Assembly (NCBI GenBank): GCA_951406725.2
Contig: OX597830.1
Coordinates: forward strand, 10,974,001-11,038,000
DNA: 64,000 nucleotides
Origin: Octopus vulgaris
Taxonomy: Eukaryota
Direction: 5' to 3'
A program made the translations under genes and the position numbers. Below are positions 26,705 to 40,690 of this stretch, piece by piece; the first letter of the stretch is position 1, and each line of letters opens with the position of its first letter. Under the pieces are notes generated by a model. It did no database searches and was not told where the DNA came from. It worked only from the letters and a program-made list of their open reading frames with translations.

Positions 26705-27827
26705 GGAAAGTCAATAGTAAGGTCAAATATATAGTGATAGGTCAACAAATGTCAAACAAAAATGAAATTAACTGAATAAGCTGACCTTCCGTTGCAGTTT
26801 CAGAACTAAGACCAAATGAAGAATGGTAAATAAACATGCACACTGTTCATTGTAAGCCTGACCTTTGCAGAGGAACTTCAAACTGTCAAATGATTTCACT
26901 GTCAAGTTGCTGGATCAAGCAAGGATCAGGGATCAACTGTTCAATGAAATCACAAAGCAACCAGCAAGCACAGCACAGCAACCATGATATAACAGCTAAC
27001 TCACCCTCGACTGATTCTTTTTTGCCATTCAAATGTGAGCTGTACATTAAAGTGTTTTGTCTTAGGTCAGCATAGTGGAATAAAAGTAAGATTAGTGCAA
27101 CTGGAGCACTGATCCAAGAAATCGAGGTTCAGCTAGTGCTGCTTTAATGTCATCAGAAATCTGCTTAGATTCAAGCTGGCTTTATTTTGAAAACCAAAAT
27201 TGATTTTATCCAATCTAGCACAAGCTTGGCTGCATGGTTAAGAAGCTGGCTTTGTAACCATGGAGGTTTGGAGTTCAGTCTCACTGGACGGCAGCTTGGG
27301 CAAGTGTCTTCTACAATAGAACTGTAGTTCAGAGGATTTACAAATTTAAGTGATAGGCAGTTGCACTCATGATCTTAAGATCACGGTTTCAATCGCCAGA
27401 CTAGGCAGTGCATTGTGCTCCTAAGCAAACACTTCATATCATGCTGCTCCAGTTCACTCATCTGTAAATGATTTCCAGCACTAACTGGGAAGTTAAGCCT
27501 GTGACAGACTGGCATCCCATCCAGGGGGATAGGGAGTGTTGTGATCTCAGTCACTTATGCACTATGGAAGCTCAAAAGAGCCCTGTACAGATATACACAT
27601 GCAAGTATGGAAGAACTTTTTATTCTTATTCATTTTTTATTATTTGTGTCAGTCATTTGACTGTGGCCATGCTGGAGCACCACTTTTAGTCAAGCAAATC
27701 AACCCCAGGACTTATTCTTTGTAAGCCTATTGCATATTCTATCAGTCTCTTTAGCCAAACCGCTAAGTTACGGGGGACGTAAACACACCAACATTGGTGT
27801 CAAGCGATGGTGGGGGGACAAACACAG

Positions 27828-27858
<31 letters not shown>

Positions 27859-27930
27859 CGGCAATAAGAAAATGGAGGGGAACATGAGGTAGTATTCATC
27901 AACTTTTAGACATTATATTATGCCTATTTA

Positions 27931-29195
27931 ATAGGTTGTCAAAAAAGTTCTTGCAGTTTTTAACCTTTAAATTCAGATGCACATATCTCAGCTCAAACAA
28001 AACTCTATTAATCGAAATAAACACCATCAGAATCAACACACTTCTGCCAAAGCAAAACAAGTTTGTTTATGCCAGTAGCATAAAAATCATGCGTTCTGGT
28101 AGCGATGAAGTCGTTCAAGGTGTGTTTGGCATCATCTTGGTTTTTGAAGCATTTCTCATGCAGGAAGTTGTTGAGATGCTTGAAAAAGTGGTAGTCGTTA
28201 GGCAAGAAGTCCGGTGAGTATGGTGGATGAGGCAGAGTTTCATAGCCCAATATGTTCAACTTCTGCAGGGTCAGTTGTGTGACATGCAGCCAAGCATTGT
28301 CATGGAGAAGAATTGGTCCTTTTCTTATCGGAGTTTCTTATGCATTTCATTCATTTGCTGACAGTACTTCTCCACTGAAATGGTTTCACCTCGATCCCAA
28401 AAGCAGTGATGCATGAGACCAGCCACAGGCCACCAAACAGTCACCATGACTTTCTTTTGGTGCAACTTTGGCTTCGAGAAGTACCGTGGAGCTTCGTTGG
28501 TGTCCAACCACTGAGCTGAGCATCGCCGGTTGTCATAAAGAATCCACTTTTCATCGCAAGTCATGATCCAGTCGAGAAATGGGTCATTCTTGTTGAGTAA
28601 AAGAAGAGAAAACGACACTTCAAAACAGCGTTTTTTTGGGGTTGTTATTCAATTCGTGCGGCACCCATTTCTCAAGTATTTTTGTTTTTCCAATCTCTTT
28701 CAAGTGGTTGGAAATTGTCATATACATTACGTCTAATTCAGAAGCAAGCTCGCAAACAGTTGTGTGTGGATTGGCTTCCACTAAGGCTCTTAGTGGATCG
28801 TTGTCAACATACGATGGCTGACCACTATGCTTATCATCTTCAAGATTCTTGTCACCGCTACAAAATTTCTTGAACCACCATTGTGCTGTACATTCATTAG
28901 TGGTTCCTGAGCCAAAAGCATCATTGATATCATGAGCTGTATCAGCAGCTTTTCGGCCTAGCTTGAACTGGAATAAGAAAATTGTGCGAATTTGCTTTTT
29001 GTACATGTTGTATTCAATGTTCCGGAAAAAATGGCCTAATTATCTAAAATTAAATAGAGTAACACAATTAGATGGAGCAAAAACCAGGCTTTAAAATGAT
29101 ACATGAAGTCAAAATAATTTAACAAAAATTAATTTGAAAACACATCATTTAAAACCAAAATTAAAAATTCCACAAGAACTTTCTTGACAACCAAA
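27931..29195 (-). mobile_element. Full-length decayed mariner, cecropia subfamily (Hsmar1-like); transposase pseudogene 29006-28008
   Basis: TA-flanked TIRs GGTTGTCAA.AAAGTTCTTG; WVPHEL, TCDEKW, HDNA and HPPYSPD motifs across three frameshifted ORFs. Confidence 0.95.
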
Positions 29196-29320
29196 TATTT
29201 ATTTTTTAAATAACAATTATAACAATATACATACATGTATAACATATTATGCTTTACATATATAAAAATACCAGTAATTACTAAAATATAGAACATAGAA
29301 AGTAGAATATTAGAATATTA

Positions 29321-29362
<42 letters not shown>

Positions 29363-29533
29363 GACGGACCTCCTTCAGCTTCTGTCCACCAAATCCACTT
29401 ACAAGGCTTTGGTCGGGCCAAGGCTATAGTAGAAGACACCTGCCCAAGGTGCCATGCAGTGGGACTGAACCCGGAACCATGTGGTTCATAAGCAAGCCAC
29501 CCACCACACAGCCACACCTGCACCTGGGCATTA

Positions 29534-30085
29534 ACCCTTAAACATTCAGATTACTCTGCCAAACATAATATTTATTTCCTTAAATTGGTTTGGATTTAAT
29601 CATACAGTATCATGCTGCTTTACGATTTCATTAATGTGAATATCTATTTTTAGAAGTGAAAGTAGTTAGAGCGTCGGACACATAATCATGAAGTAGTGAG
29701 TTCAATTCCCTGACCGAGCTGTGTGTTGTGTTCTTGAGCAAGACACTTTATTTCACATCACTCCAGTTCACTCAGCTGTAGAAACGAGTTGCGACATCAT
29801 TGGTCCCAATCTTTATCAGCCTTTGCCTTTCCCTTTGGATAACATCAGTGGCATGGAGATTGGAGGCTGGTATGCATGGGCAACTGCTGATCTTCCATAA
29901 TCAACTCTACCCAGACTTGTGCCTCAGAGAGGAACTTCCAAGGTGAATCCCAGGGTTATTCATGACCAAAGGGAGTCTTTACCCTTCACACTTTTTTTTT
30001 CTTATTTTTAGATTGACATTGCAGGGTAGGTGTGAGAAGCTGAATCTGGTCAGTTTGAACATAAAACAATCAGAATATTTAGGTG
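29534..30085 (-). mobile_element. piggyBac-like MITE remnant with a nested SINE (about 29660-29985)
   Basis: TTAA-CCC start; homologous in reverse to 34440-35146; nested tRNA-SINE with GTTCTTGAGCAAGACACTTTATTTCAC core. Confidence 0.55.
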
Positions 30086-30568
30086 TGATGATATAAGAAA
30101 GGTTCCCATTAATTGCTCCTGGTTAGTTTTATGCAGAATATGTCCATTTTTTTAAACAATATCTCAATTCTTGATCTTTTAAATCAGAATTACCTTAGTA
30201 CTCAGTTTTTAATTACCAATGCCAGGCAGTTTAGTAGAGTCTATTGAAGAATTCAATTAAGGAAGATTTATAGGTTTTAAGGAGTGATATGACAAGTTAA
30301 CAGATGGAAGGAATTTGAAAACCAAATGACTTTCAATTCAAGAGAAGAAAATGCAAATGAGTCCAAACTTGACTACCACAAAGAATATTCAATATTATAT
30401 CATAGTTAGTTGGTTGCAACGGTTTTCTTTAATACATTCACATGTATATATATATATATATATATATCATCATCATCATCGTTTAACGTCCGCTTTCCAT
30501 AGTAGCATGGGTGGACTCTGATCTGGAAGAGTTTCTACAGCTGGAGGCCCTTCCTAACGCCAAAGGTG

Positions 30569-30627
<59 letters not shown>

Positions 30628-30848
30628 TTTTGTGAAATAGAAAGATGAATAATCTTGTTGCAGATTAATCAAAAGTTTAACCGATACCTTGGTAGCAAAA
30701 ATCACAGCAGAAGACAGCACGGTTGGAGGTACAACCCTATGGTGTTGCAACCGTGCGTTGGTGCGGATAATTGAATTTTAATATTATTAGTGAATTGAAG
30801 AAATGGAGTTGAACGAAGATTGAACAGAAATCATTTTATTGCATTCTA

Positions 30849-30903
<55 letters not shown>

Positions 30904-31093
30904 CACACACACATACATACATATAGATTGTTTAAAGAAAAATGGATATATTCTTGCATATTTATATATATGGAGATACACAAATGTATATACATTTGTA
31001 TCTGTGTGTGTGTGTATATATATATATATATACACACATATATATAAAAACATATTCATATATATATACATACACACACACACACACACACAC

Positions 31094-31139
<46 letters not shown>

Positions 31140-31140
<1 letters not shown>

Positions 31141-31320
31141 AAAAATAAGGGTGAAAAAATTGAATATTAATTTAATAACATCAATTTAACACCAAGTGGT
31201 TCAGCGCATAAAAACTGAGATACAGTTGTGCTAATTCTCCTTGGGAACAATTCTTGGTGGTTGAGACCATTGCGGATCTATTTTTAGTGCAAGAGCATCC
31301 ACTTAGTGGACCCTCTCTTA
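31140..31320 (-). mobile_element. TA-embedded repeat (family F, probably Penelope-derived)
   Basis: Shares GCACTAAAAATAGATCCGC and CCACTTGGTGTTAAATTGATG..ACCCTTATT with 47635-47915, and the latter motif with 37520-37585. Confidence 0.6.
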
Positions 31321-31664
31321 TATTTGTATATATATATATATATACACATGTACACATGTATGCACATATGTGTAAATCAGAACAATCGCATGTCAATATT
31401 CTGTATAGCTTTACCTATGGGAGGTATGCGGAGGTAAGACCTTAACACAGACAGGTCGTTAAATATACATGATTAAGAATAATTTACTTGATAGCACTTA
31501 GAAATTCATCAACAGATTTTCTTGAAACCAAAATGAATGAACATGCATTATGTCCCTAACATCTCACACATTCTTACATACATACAGAAACAATAAATCA
31601 TATGAAGTATAAATGGTTCTTTATTATCAACTGATAGTAATTACTATTTGTCATTTAAAACAAT

Positions 31665-32040
31665 ACTCTTTTACTTGTTTTCAGTCATCTGACTGCGGCC
31701 ATGCTGGAGCACCGCCTTTAGTCGAGCAAATCGACCCCGGAACTTATTCTTTGTAAGCCCAGTACTTATTCTATCGGTCTCTTTTGCCGAACTGCTAAGT
31801 AACGGGGACGTAAACACACCAGCATCGGTTGTCAAGCAATGCTAGGCGACAAACAAGTTCACACATATATATATATACATATATACGACAGGCTTCTTTC
31901 AGTTTCCGTCTACCAAATCCACTCACAAGGCATTGGTCGGCCCGGGGCTTGCCCAAGATGCCACGCAGTGGGACTGAACCCAGAACTATGTGGTTTGTAA
32001 GCAAGCTACTTACCACACAGCTGCAGCCACTCCTACGCCT
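31665..32040 (-). mobile_element. SINE family A
   Basis: Family consensus match. Confidence 0.85.
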
Positions 32041-32954
32041 ACATACTGTTAATTATTTTCTTTAAGCATTTGTTGTTTGCCTGTACTTCGCTCCGTGCCC
32101 TCACCCTGTGGTCAAGAGGAATCTCTTGGTGCCTCACACAAGCGTATTCAATCTGTGTGGACGAAGTGACTGACCCACCGCCAGTGCTCTTTCGGTCTGC
32201 GGCCACGGTGAAGCTTCAATTCGGTGGCGGAATGCACCATTGACCCATGGACCTTTCAACTCATCCAGCCTGACTTTGCCGGAGACAGCAGCAGCAGCAA
32301 TCGATTGGCACATTGCACACACACACACACGCACACACAGACAGGGACACACACACACACGGACATGGAAACACACACACGCAGATAGGGACACACACAC
32401 ACACACACACGCGCGCACACATACATGGACACACACACATACAGACATGGGGACACACTCACGAACACACATGCACACACAGATGGACACACAGATACAC
32501 AGACACATGGACAAGGACACACACATGGACGGACACACACGGGGATACACACACAGACACACACACACATACACACACATACACACGGACACACACATAC
32601 ACGGACACAGGGACACACACACGGACACACAGACAGACAACCACACTCAACACATGCGGATGGATGAGGTGGTGCCGGCAGCACATCAAACACTCACCGG
32701 TGTTGTAGGGTGAAGAGGCACATACCCACATAGGTGATCACTAAGCAGAAGATAGCAATGAGAACAGCCCTTCCACACAACTACCTCGTCCGAACAGCAA
32801 GACCCCACATAGTAGTCTGGACCCTTTTGGGGTGTGACAGTCACCTAAAGCATAGTTGTTCCTCTGCTGCTGATCCACAAGCTTCCAGACAGTAGCAGAC
32901 AGGGCTGTTGTTTAATTAATTCCCAGGTAGGACTTGAAGTTACAGCCTTATTTC

Positions 32955-33175
32955 TTTTTACTCTATTTTACTTGTTACAGTCATTTGACTGTGGCCATGC
33001 TGGAGCACCGCCTTTAATCGAGCAAATCGACCCCAGGAATTATTCTTTGTAAGCCTAGTACTTATTCTATTGGTTTTTTTTGCCAAACTGCTAAGTTATG
33101 GGGACATAAACACACCAGCATCAGTTGTCAAGCGATGTTGGGGGGACAAACACAGACACGCAAACATATACATAC

Positions 33176-33218
<43 letters not shown>

Positions 33219-33375
33219 CGATGGGCTTTTTTCAGTTTCTGTCTATCAAATCCACTCACAAGGCTTTGGTCGGCCCAAGGCTATAGTAGAAAAAAATTTG
33301 CCCAAGATGCCACACAGTGGGACTGAACCCAGTACCATGTGGTTGGTAAGCAAGCTACTTACCACAAAGCCACAT
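32955..33375 (-). mobile_element. SINE family A
   Basis: Family consensus match. Confidence 0.85.
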
Positions 33376-33586
33376 TAACTCTTTTTATACCAACCCACCT
33401 TATCACTATTTCTGGGTCTTTAACACCAAATTCCCGCAGCTTTAGGTAGAGCTTTAGGTGTTTTCGCTCAATAAACTCTCACAACGCCCGGTCTGGAAAT
33501 CGAAACTGCGATCCTACAACCATGAATCCACTGCCCTAACCACTGGGCCATTGCACCTCCACTATATATATATATATATATATATA

Positions 33587-33879
33587 CTAGCAGTATCGCC
33601 CGGCGTTGCTCAGGTTTGTAAGGGAAATAACTATAAAGCATTTTTAGAGAGTTATAGCCAAAAAATAGCAAAAAAAATGGAAAAAAAATTATGGTAAATT
33701 TTTTTTTGAGAGTAAAAAAAGGTTGAGTTGCGTCCCCTAGACAGTCTGTGGTTTGTTTTTTTTTATTCTCGACCCCATGTCGAATTTATCGATTTTTCAG
33801 AACTGGGGTTAACTTTTCAAAATTTCTCGTTAGTTTTGAATTATGACATTATGTGTGTGTCAAGTTTCATCAGAATCGG

Positions 33880-33880
<1 letters not shown>
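33587..33880 (-). mobile_element. Non-autonomous Helitron (partial)
   Basis: A|CTAG end with adjacent hairpin; body is homologous to 25500-25625. Confidence 0.7.
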
Positions 33881-33921
<41 letters not shown>

Positions 33922-34439
33922 GACGGGCTTCTTTCAGTTTCTCTCAACCAAATCCACTCACAAGGCTTTGGTCGGCCCGAGGCTATAGTAGAAGACACTT
34001 GCTCAAGGTGTCACAAAGTGGGACTGAACCCAGAACCATGTGGCTGGTAAGCAAGCTAACCTAAGTTCCTAAAAAATATATAATGACAAAGGTATTTTAA
34101 TAAATTCTTCATTTTCAAAATTAAAACAAAGGAAGCACATTTCAACAGAAATATGACAGTAAAATAGTTCAAGTGATCTAAATTAATACCCAGCATTAAA
34201 AAACCCAGGTTAAAAACAAAAAAAAAAAGGTATTTTGCTAAATTCTTCATTATTTTTAAACAAAAGCAATTAATTTCAATAAATTCTTGATAATTTCCAA
34301 AATTAACTGAAACAAAGGCAGCATGTTTCAAACAAAAAAACTATACTAAAAGGTTAGTTATTTCCAGCTGTGACCATCCCCTCATTTATTCACACACCGT
34401 GTATCTAGAACAAAATCACAAGCATGGCTGTTTGGCTAA

Positions 34440-35146
34440 CCCTTTAAGACTTGAAACCAGACATATCCAGCTCAAATATTCTAAATGTTTTATGTCCAAA
34501 CTGGCCATATCAGGCCTCTCACACCTGTCCTACAATGTCATTCCAACAGCAAACAATCACATCATTTGAAATCTTATAGCTACAAGATCATCATCATCAT
34601 CTAACATTCGCTTTTCCATGCTAGCATGGGTTGGACGATTTGACTGAGGACTGGTGAACCAGGTGGCTACACCAGGTGCCAATCTGATCTGGCAGAGTTT
34701 CTACAGTTGGATGCCCTTCCTCATGCCAACCATTCTGAGAGTGTAGTGGGTGCTTTTACATGCTACTGGTACGAGGGTCAGTCAGGCAGTACTGGTAAAG
34801 GCGACACTCAAATGGTGTTTTTTATGTGCCACCTGCACAGGAGCCAATCTAGCGACACTGGCAACGACCTCGCTCAAATGTTTTTTTTCACGTGCCACCA
34901 GCACAAGTGCCAGTAAGGCGACGCTGGTAACAATCACACTCAAATGGTGCTTTTTACGTGCCACCGACATGGAAGCCAGTTAGCCGCTCTGGCAACGATC
35001 TCACTCATATGGTACTCTTAGCGCTCCACTAGCACAGATGCCAGTCATCGAATTTGATTTCGATTGCCTCAACAGGTATGATTAATTCAAAACAATATGA
35101 ATAAGTAAGCATTGCATTGGACAGGATAATCTAAATACCGAAGGGT
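34440..35146 (+). mobile_element. piggyBac-like MITE interrupted by an RTE 3' fragment (34588-35075, minus strand)
   Basis: CTAA-CCCTT ... GAAGGG-TTTAA ends; internal (CAT)n-tailed RTE UTR. Confidence 0.6.
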
Positions 35147-35727
35147 TTAAAGTAATCTACTTCCAAACTGTGTGGTCTTCAGTTCAGATTCACTGCACAG
35201 CATTCTGGCCAAGTATCTTGCTCAAGATACCATGCAATGAGGCTGAACTATAATCTAATGCAGCCTCAAGCTATGCTATATGTGTTAACCCTTGATGTTA
35301 TACAGGTCTATTATCATCAGTAATGCACCTTACTCCATATCTAACACAGGAAAATCACCATCAACATCATCATCATCGCCATCATCATCATCTTTCTGCA
35401 TGTTCAATCAATGCTTCCAGGTGTTAAACACATCATTAAGTTTCATCGGTTCTTATTCTGAGTTACTGCCCTCCCAGATTGGTCAAAGGATCTCACCTTA
35501 ATCAGATGTTTCATTTTTGACTTGGTTTCTGTGACTACAGGCTCTTCCTATGACCAACATCTTTATAGAGTTTACTGGGTGCATTTTATCATGGCACCAG
35601 CATGACACAGGGGCTTGTCATCTTCTCAACAAGGGGGAAAAAGTCCTCTTCACTGTATTCCTGTTCCTTTAACAACCACTGGGTGCATTTAATCATGCCA
35701 CCAGCACTAAAGAAGTTATGGTCCTTG

Positions 35728-35960
35728 AAGGCGGCAAGCTGGCAGAAACACTAGCACGCAGGGCGAAATGCATAGCGGTATTTCATCTGCCATTATGTTC
35801 TGAGTTCAAATTCCGTCGAGGTTGACTTTGCCTTTCATCCTTTGAGGGTCGATAAATTAAGTACCAATTACGCACTGGGGTCGATGTAATCGACTTAATC
35901 CCTTTGTCTGTCCTTGTTTGTCCCCTCTATGTTTAACCCCTTGCGGGCAATAAAGAAATA
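35728..35960 (+). mobile_element. SINE family B monomer
   Basis: Full head to AAAGAAATA tail; flanked by a direct repeat (AAGAAGTTATGGTCCTTGA) consistent with a TSD. Confidence 0.88.
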
Positions 35961-36021
35961 AGAAGTTATGGTCCTTGACAAAACCAAAAAAGTCATTTTG
36001 GCCCTTCATTGTCGGCATTAA

Positions 36022-36241
36022 CCCTTTCATTACCGTATTTATTTTGAGATGCTCTGTTTCTTTCAATTAATTTTAAATATAACAAAGAATTTAGTAAAAT
36101 AATTTAGTTATCGTTAAGCTAGGGTTAAGACCATAAATCGTGGCTAAAGTTTGGTGGGAGATTTTAACTCAAAACTTATGAAAACAAAACATTTGTACTA
36201 CAGAGCCAGAAGCAGTTTCAGCTGGGTTGGTATCGAAAGGG
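36022..36241. mobile_element. piggyBac-like MITE
   Basis: TTAA TSD on both sides; TIRs CCCTTTCATTACC / GGTATCGAAAGGG. Confidence 0.85.
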
Positions 36242-37194
36242 TTAATTTTCCAACCACTGCACAGATTGCTCTGGGAGCATTTTACATTGACACCAGCATT
36301 AGAGAGTATATAAAGTCCTTGACAAGACCAAAAGGTCACCGTGACCTTATGTTGTCTATCCTTATATAGCAACTACTTTGAAGAGTGCACTGGCTGCATT
36401 TTATCATGGTACCACCACTAGAGGAGTTGCTTTGTATTCCATAAGACCAGAGAGTCCTCACTACTCTATGATGTGGTCATTCCAGCATGGACACAGTCAA
36501 ATGACTGAAACAAGTAAAAGAATTATGATGATGATGATGATGATGATGGTGATATCTTTGGTTGCAGCTCCTGGTAGGAATATCACAATATCACTGTTTT
36601 TTCAGGTTACAGCACGGCTAGATTTTGAACTCAAAATTCACAGAACTGAAACAAGACATTTTGTCCAATGCTTTAACAACATTACCAAACCACAGCTTTC
36701 GGCTGGTACTTTTTTCTTTTTTTTTTTAAAACAAAAAAACAAAGCAAAAATAACCCACAACCACCAACAACAACAACAAAAATTCTTTCTTTCTGTTTCT
36801 TCCACACAACTCCTCCTCCTCCACCTGCTTCTTCCAGCATCTTCGAGAAGGACAGTGTTAGAGATTGATAGAAAGATTTCTTCAAATATTGGATTTAGTG
36901 TTATTAGATTAGTAACCCGAATTATGGTATCGTGATTTACATGCTATCCACTTAGAATGATGTACGCAGACACCAACAACAACAGCAGCAACAACATCAA
37001 TGGCAGCAACAGGTTAGAAAGGAATGGTGTGATGTGATGCCAGTTGATTTGAACTGCAACTAAATTCTATTACATTTGCTGCCTTCCTGAACCGTTCCGA
37101 GATAATGTTTTTGTATTTAACTCTACAGGAGAGCTGAAGAGATCTCTGCCAATGGTTTGTAGGTGCATGTTTGCTCTGTGTACATGTGTATATG

Positions 37195-37260
<66 letters not shown>

Positions 37261-37269
<9 letters not shown>

Positions 37270-37466
37270 AATATAAAGTGGTCACTATATTGCTCACTCT
37301 AGCACCAGTTAAAGGTTTCAACCACGAAAATACATGTACATGAAAGTCAGTACGATTGTTAGCTAACAATCGTACTGACTTTCATGGTAAGCATGTATTT
37401 TCGTGGTTGAAACCTTTGTTACTGTGCTAGTGAGCAATATAGTGACTCTCTTATATTTATTTTGTA
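37261..37466. repeat. Approximately 205-bp palindrome with a perfect 48-bp core (37339-37386)
   Basis: CATGAAAGTCAGTACGATTGTTAG|CTAACAATCGTACTGACTTTCATG with imperfect outer arms. Confidence 0.95.
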
Positions 37467-37585
37467 AAAATATTATAATATGTTATAAAATATTATAATA
37501 ATCCAGGTTTCTCGAAGCACTAGGCCACTTGGTGTTGAATAAATATACTATTAAATTAGTATCTAATTCTCTACCCTTATTAATT

Positions 37586-37617
<32 letters not shown>

Positions 37618-37677
37618 TGCATGTGTATATACATATATACATTTACATATATACATATATATATGTACATGCATATA

Positions 37678-37709
<32 letters not shown>

Positions 37710-37895
37710 CATACAAACATATATATACATACATACATGCATATATATATATCCACATGCACATACATATATAATATATATACATTCATATATATATATA
37801 TATATCCACATGCACATACATATATATATATACATTCATATATATATATATATATATCCACATGCACATACATATATATATATATACATACATTC

Positions 37896-37927
<32 letters not shown>

Positions 37928-38657
37928 GCACATACATATACATATACATACACATGCACATACATATATATATACATACATTCATATATATATATATATA
38001 TATCCACATGCACATACATATATATATATATACGTTCATATATATATATACACAAATACTTGTATATATATATACATATATTTATATATACACAGACATA
38101 TATATATATATACATATATATATGCACATATATACATACACACATATAAAGATAAATACATATATATGTGTATATATCTCTGTATGTGTGTATGCATATA
38201 CACATGCACACACATACACACCCATGCATACACATGCATGCACACACACATGCAGAGTATCTATTCTCCGTCTATAAACTCTGGACGTCTTCACACCTCA
38301 GCCTTAACGTACATCAAATAAAGACGGCTACGACTTTAGAATCTGTATTTATTCCCCGTTTCTATTAATACTTCAAAAATTACAGAGCAGCTAATAAATA
38401 GACCATTCTTTATGAGACTCCATCGTAGAGAAGCTGATTGAAAATAAAAACAAAAACAAAAACAAGATGAACTAAAAATCCAAAAACAACACTGAATATT
38501 AACCGCATGCAGAGATCGGTTACACCATTTCTCTTACGTTTCTCAGCATTTATCAAATTTATGTAAAATGAAAAATTCTTAGTGTTATATGGAGAACAAT
38601 AGCGGTTTCTAATTTAGGTACAAGGCCAGCAGTTTCGAAGAGAGGGGCAGAGATTAT

Positions 38658-38890
38658 ACCTATTTCTTTATTACCCACAAGGGGCTAAACACAGAGGGGA
38701 CAAACAAGGACAGACATAGGTATTAAGTCGATTAGATCGACCCAAGTGCGTAACTGGTACTTAATTTATCGACCCCGAAAGGATGAAAGGCAAAGTCGAC
38801 CTCGGCGGAATTTGAACTCACAACGTAACGCAGACGAAATACCGCTAAGCATTTTGCCCCGGTGTGCTAACATTTCTGCCAGCTCGCCGC
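38658..38890 (-). mobile_element. SINE family B monomer
   Basis: Full-length reverse copy; flanked by a GCAGAGATTATACC direct repeat. Confidence 0.88.
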
Positions 38891-39182
38891 AGAGATTATA
38901 CCATTGACCCCAGTACTTTACTGGTATTGTAGTTTATTGCCCCTGGAAAGATAAAGAGCACAGCTGACGGAGAGAAAGAGAGATAGAGATTTATAATGCA
39001 CACATTGACAATTCCAATGAAATTTTATGTGGTTGTGTGGTAAGTAGCTTGCTTAACAGCCATATGGTTCCAGGTTCAGTCCCACTGCATGGCACCTTGA
39101 GCAAGCGTCTTTTACTATAGCCTCAGGTTGACAAAAATCTAATGGGGGGATTTGGTACACAGAAACTGAAAGAAGCCCATCG

Positions 39183-39625
39183 TCATCATCATCATCGTTT
39201 AACGTCCGCTTTCCATGCTAGCATGGGTTGGACGATTTTGACAGAGGGCTGGCGAACCAGATGGCTGCACCAGGCTCCAATATTGATATGGCAGAGTTTC
39301 TACAGCTGGATGCCCTTCCTAACACCAACAACTCCGAGAGTGTAGTGGGTGCTTTTTACGTGCCACAGGCACGGGGGCCAGTCAGGCGGTACTGGCAATG
39401 ACCTCGCTCGAATCTTTTTACACATGCCACCGGCACAGGTGCCAGTAAGGTGACGATGGTAACGATCACGCTCGAATGGTGCCCTTTTACGTGCCACCAG
39501 CATGGAAGCCAGTTGGCTGCTCTGGCAACGATCACGCTCGGATGGTGCTCTTAGCACTCCCCTAGCACAGATGCCAGTCATCGAATTTGATTTTGATTTC
39601 ACTTGCCTCAACAGGTCTTTGCAAG
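39183..39625 (-). mobile_element. RTE LINE 3' UTR fragment
   Basis: Colinear with 12790-13211. Confidence 0.85.
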
Positions 39626-39664
39626 CAGAGTTTAGTGACCAAAGAAGGAAAAGGTTCGCATATA

Positions 39665-40065
39665 GGTGCAGGAGTGGCTGTGTGGTTAGTAGCTTGCTTA
39701 CCAACCACATGGTTCTGGGTTTAGTCCTATTGCGTGGCACCTTGGGCAAGTGTCTTCTACAATAGCCTCCAGCCGACCAAAACCTATTCAGAACATTTGG
39801 TAGACGGAAACTAAAAGAAGCCCTATATATATATATATGCATGAGTATGTTTTGTATGTCTGTGTTTGCCCCCCCCCCCCCCATCATTTCATGCCAACCG
39901 ATGTTGGTGTGTTTACATCCCTGTAAATTAATGGTTCAGCAAAAGAGACTGATAGAATAAACACTAAGCTTACAAAGAATAAATCCTGCAGTCAATTCGT
40001 TCAACTAAAGGCATTGCTCCAGCATGGCCACAGTCAAAATGACTGAAACAAGTAGAAGAATAAAA
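39665..40065 (+). mobile_element. SINE family A
   Basis: Full head and tail. Confidence 0.85.
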
Positions 40066-40104
40066 GAATAATAATTTAAAGGTATTCATCATATTGTCAA
40101 AGAT

Positions 40105-40690
40105 GGAGGAGCGTGGCTTAGTGGTTAGGGCAATCAGTTCACTGTCGTAAGGTCGTGAGTTCAATTTCCAGCAGGACGTAGTGTTCTTGAGCAAGACACT
40201 TCATTTCAAATTGTTCCAGTCCTCTCAGCTGGCAAAAATGAGTTATACCTATAATTAGAAAGGGACCAGCCTTGTCACATTCTGCGTCATGCTGAATCTC
40301 CATGAGAACTAACCTTAAGGGTATGCATATCTGTGGAGTACTCAGCCACCTGCACATTAATTTGTGAAGATAAATAGTTTAATGGTTAGAGTATTCAGCT
40401 GAGGGTCATAAGGTCATGGATTTGATTCCTGGCGATGTGTTGTGTCCTTGAGCAAGACACTTTATTTCACTTTGCTCCTGTCTACTCAGCTGGCAAAAAT
40501 GAGTAGTATCCGAGTCTCAAAGGGGTCAGCCTTGTGACATTCATTGTCCCGCTGAATCTCCCTGAGAACTACATTAAGGGCACACGTGTCTGTGGAGTGC
40601 TCAGCCACTTGCACGTTAATTTCAAGAGCAGGCTGCTCCGCTGATTGGACCACCTGAAACCCTCATCATTGTAACCGACAGAGTGCTTAG
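40105..40690 (+). mobile_element. Two tandem tRNA-derived SINEs (family C/D tail, CORE-like centre)
   Basis: TGGCTTAGTGG A-box, GTTCAATTTCC B-box, TTGAGCAAGACACTT core, CAGCCTTGTCACATT..TGTGGAGTGCTCAGCCAC tail. Confidence 0.8.
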
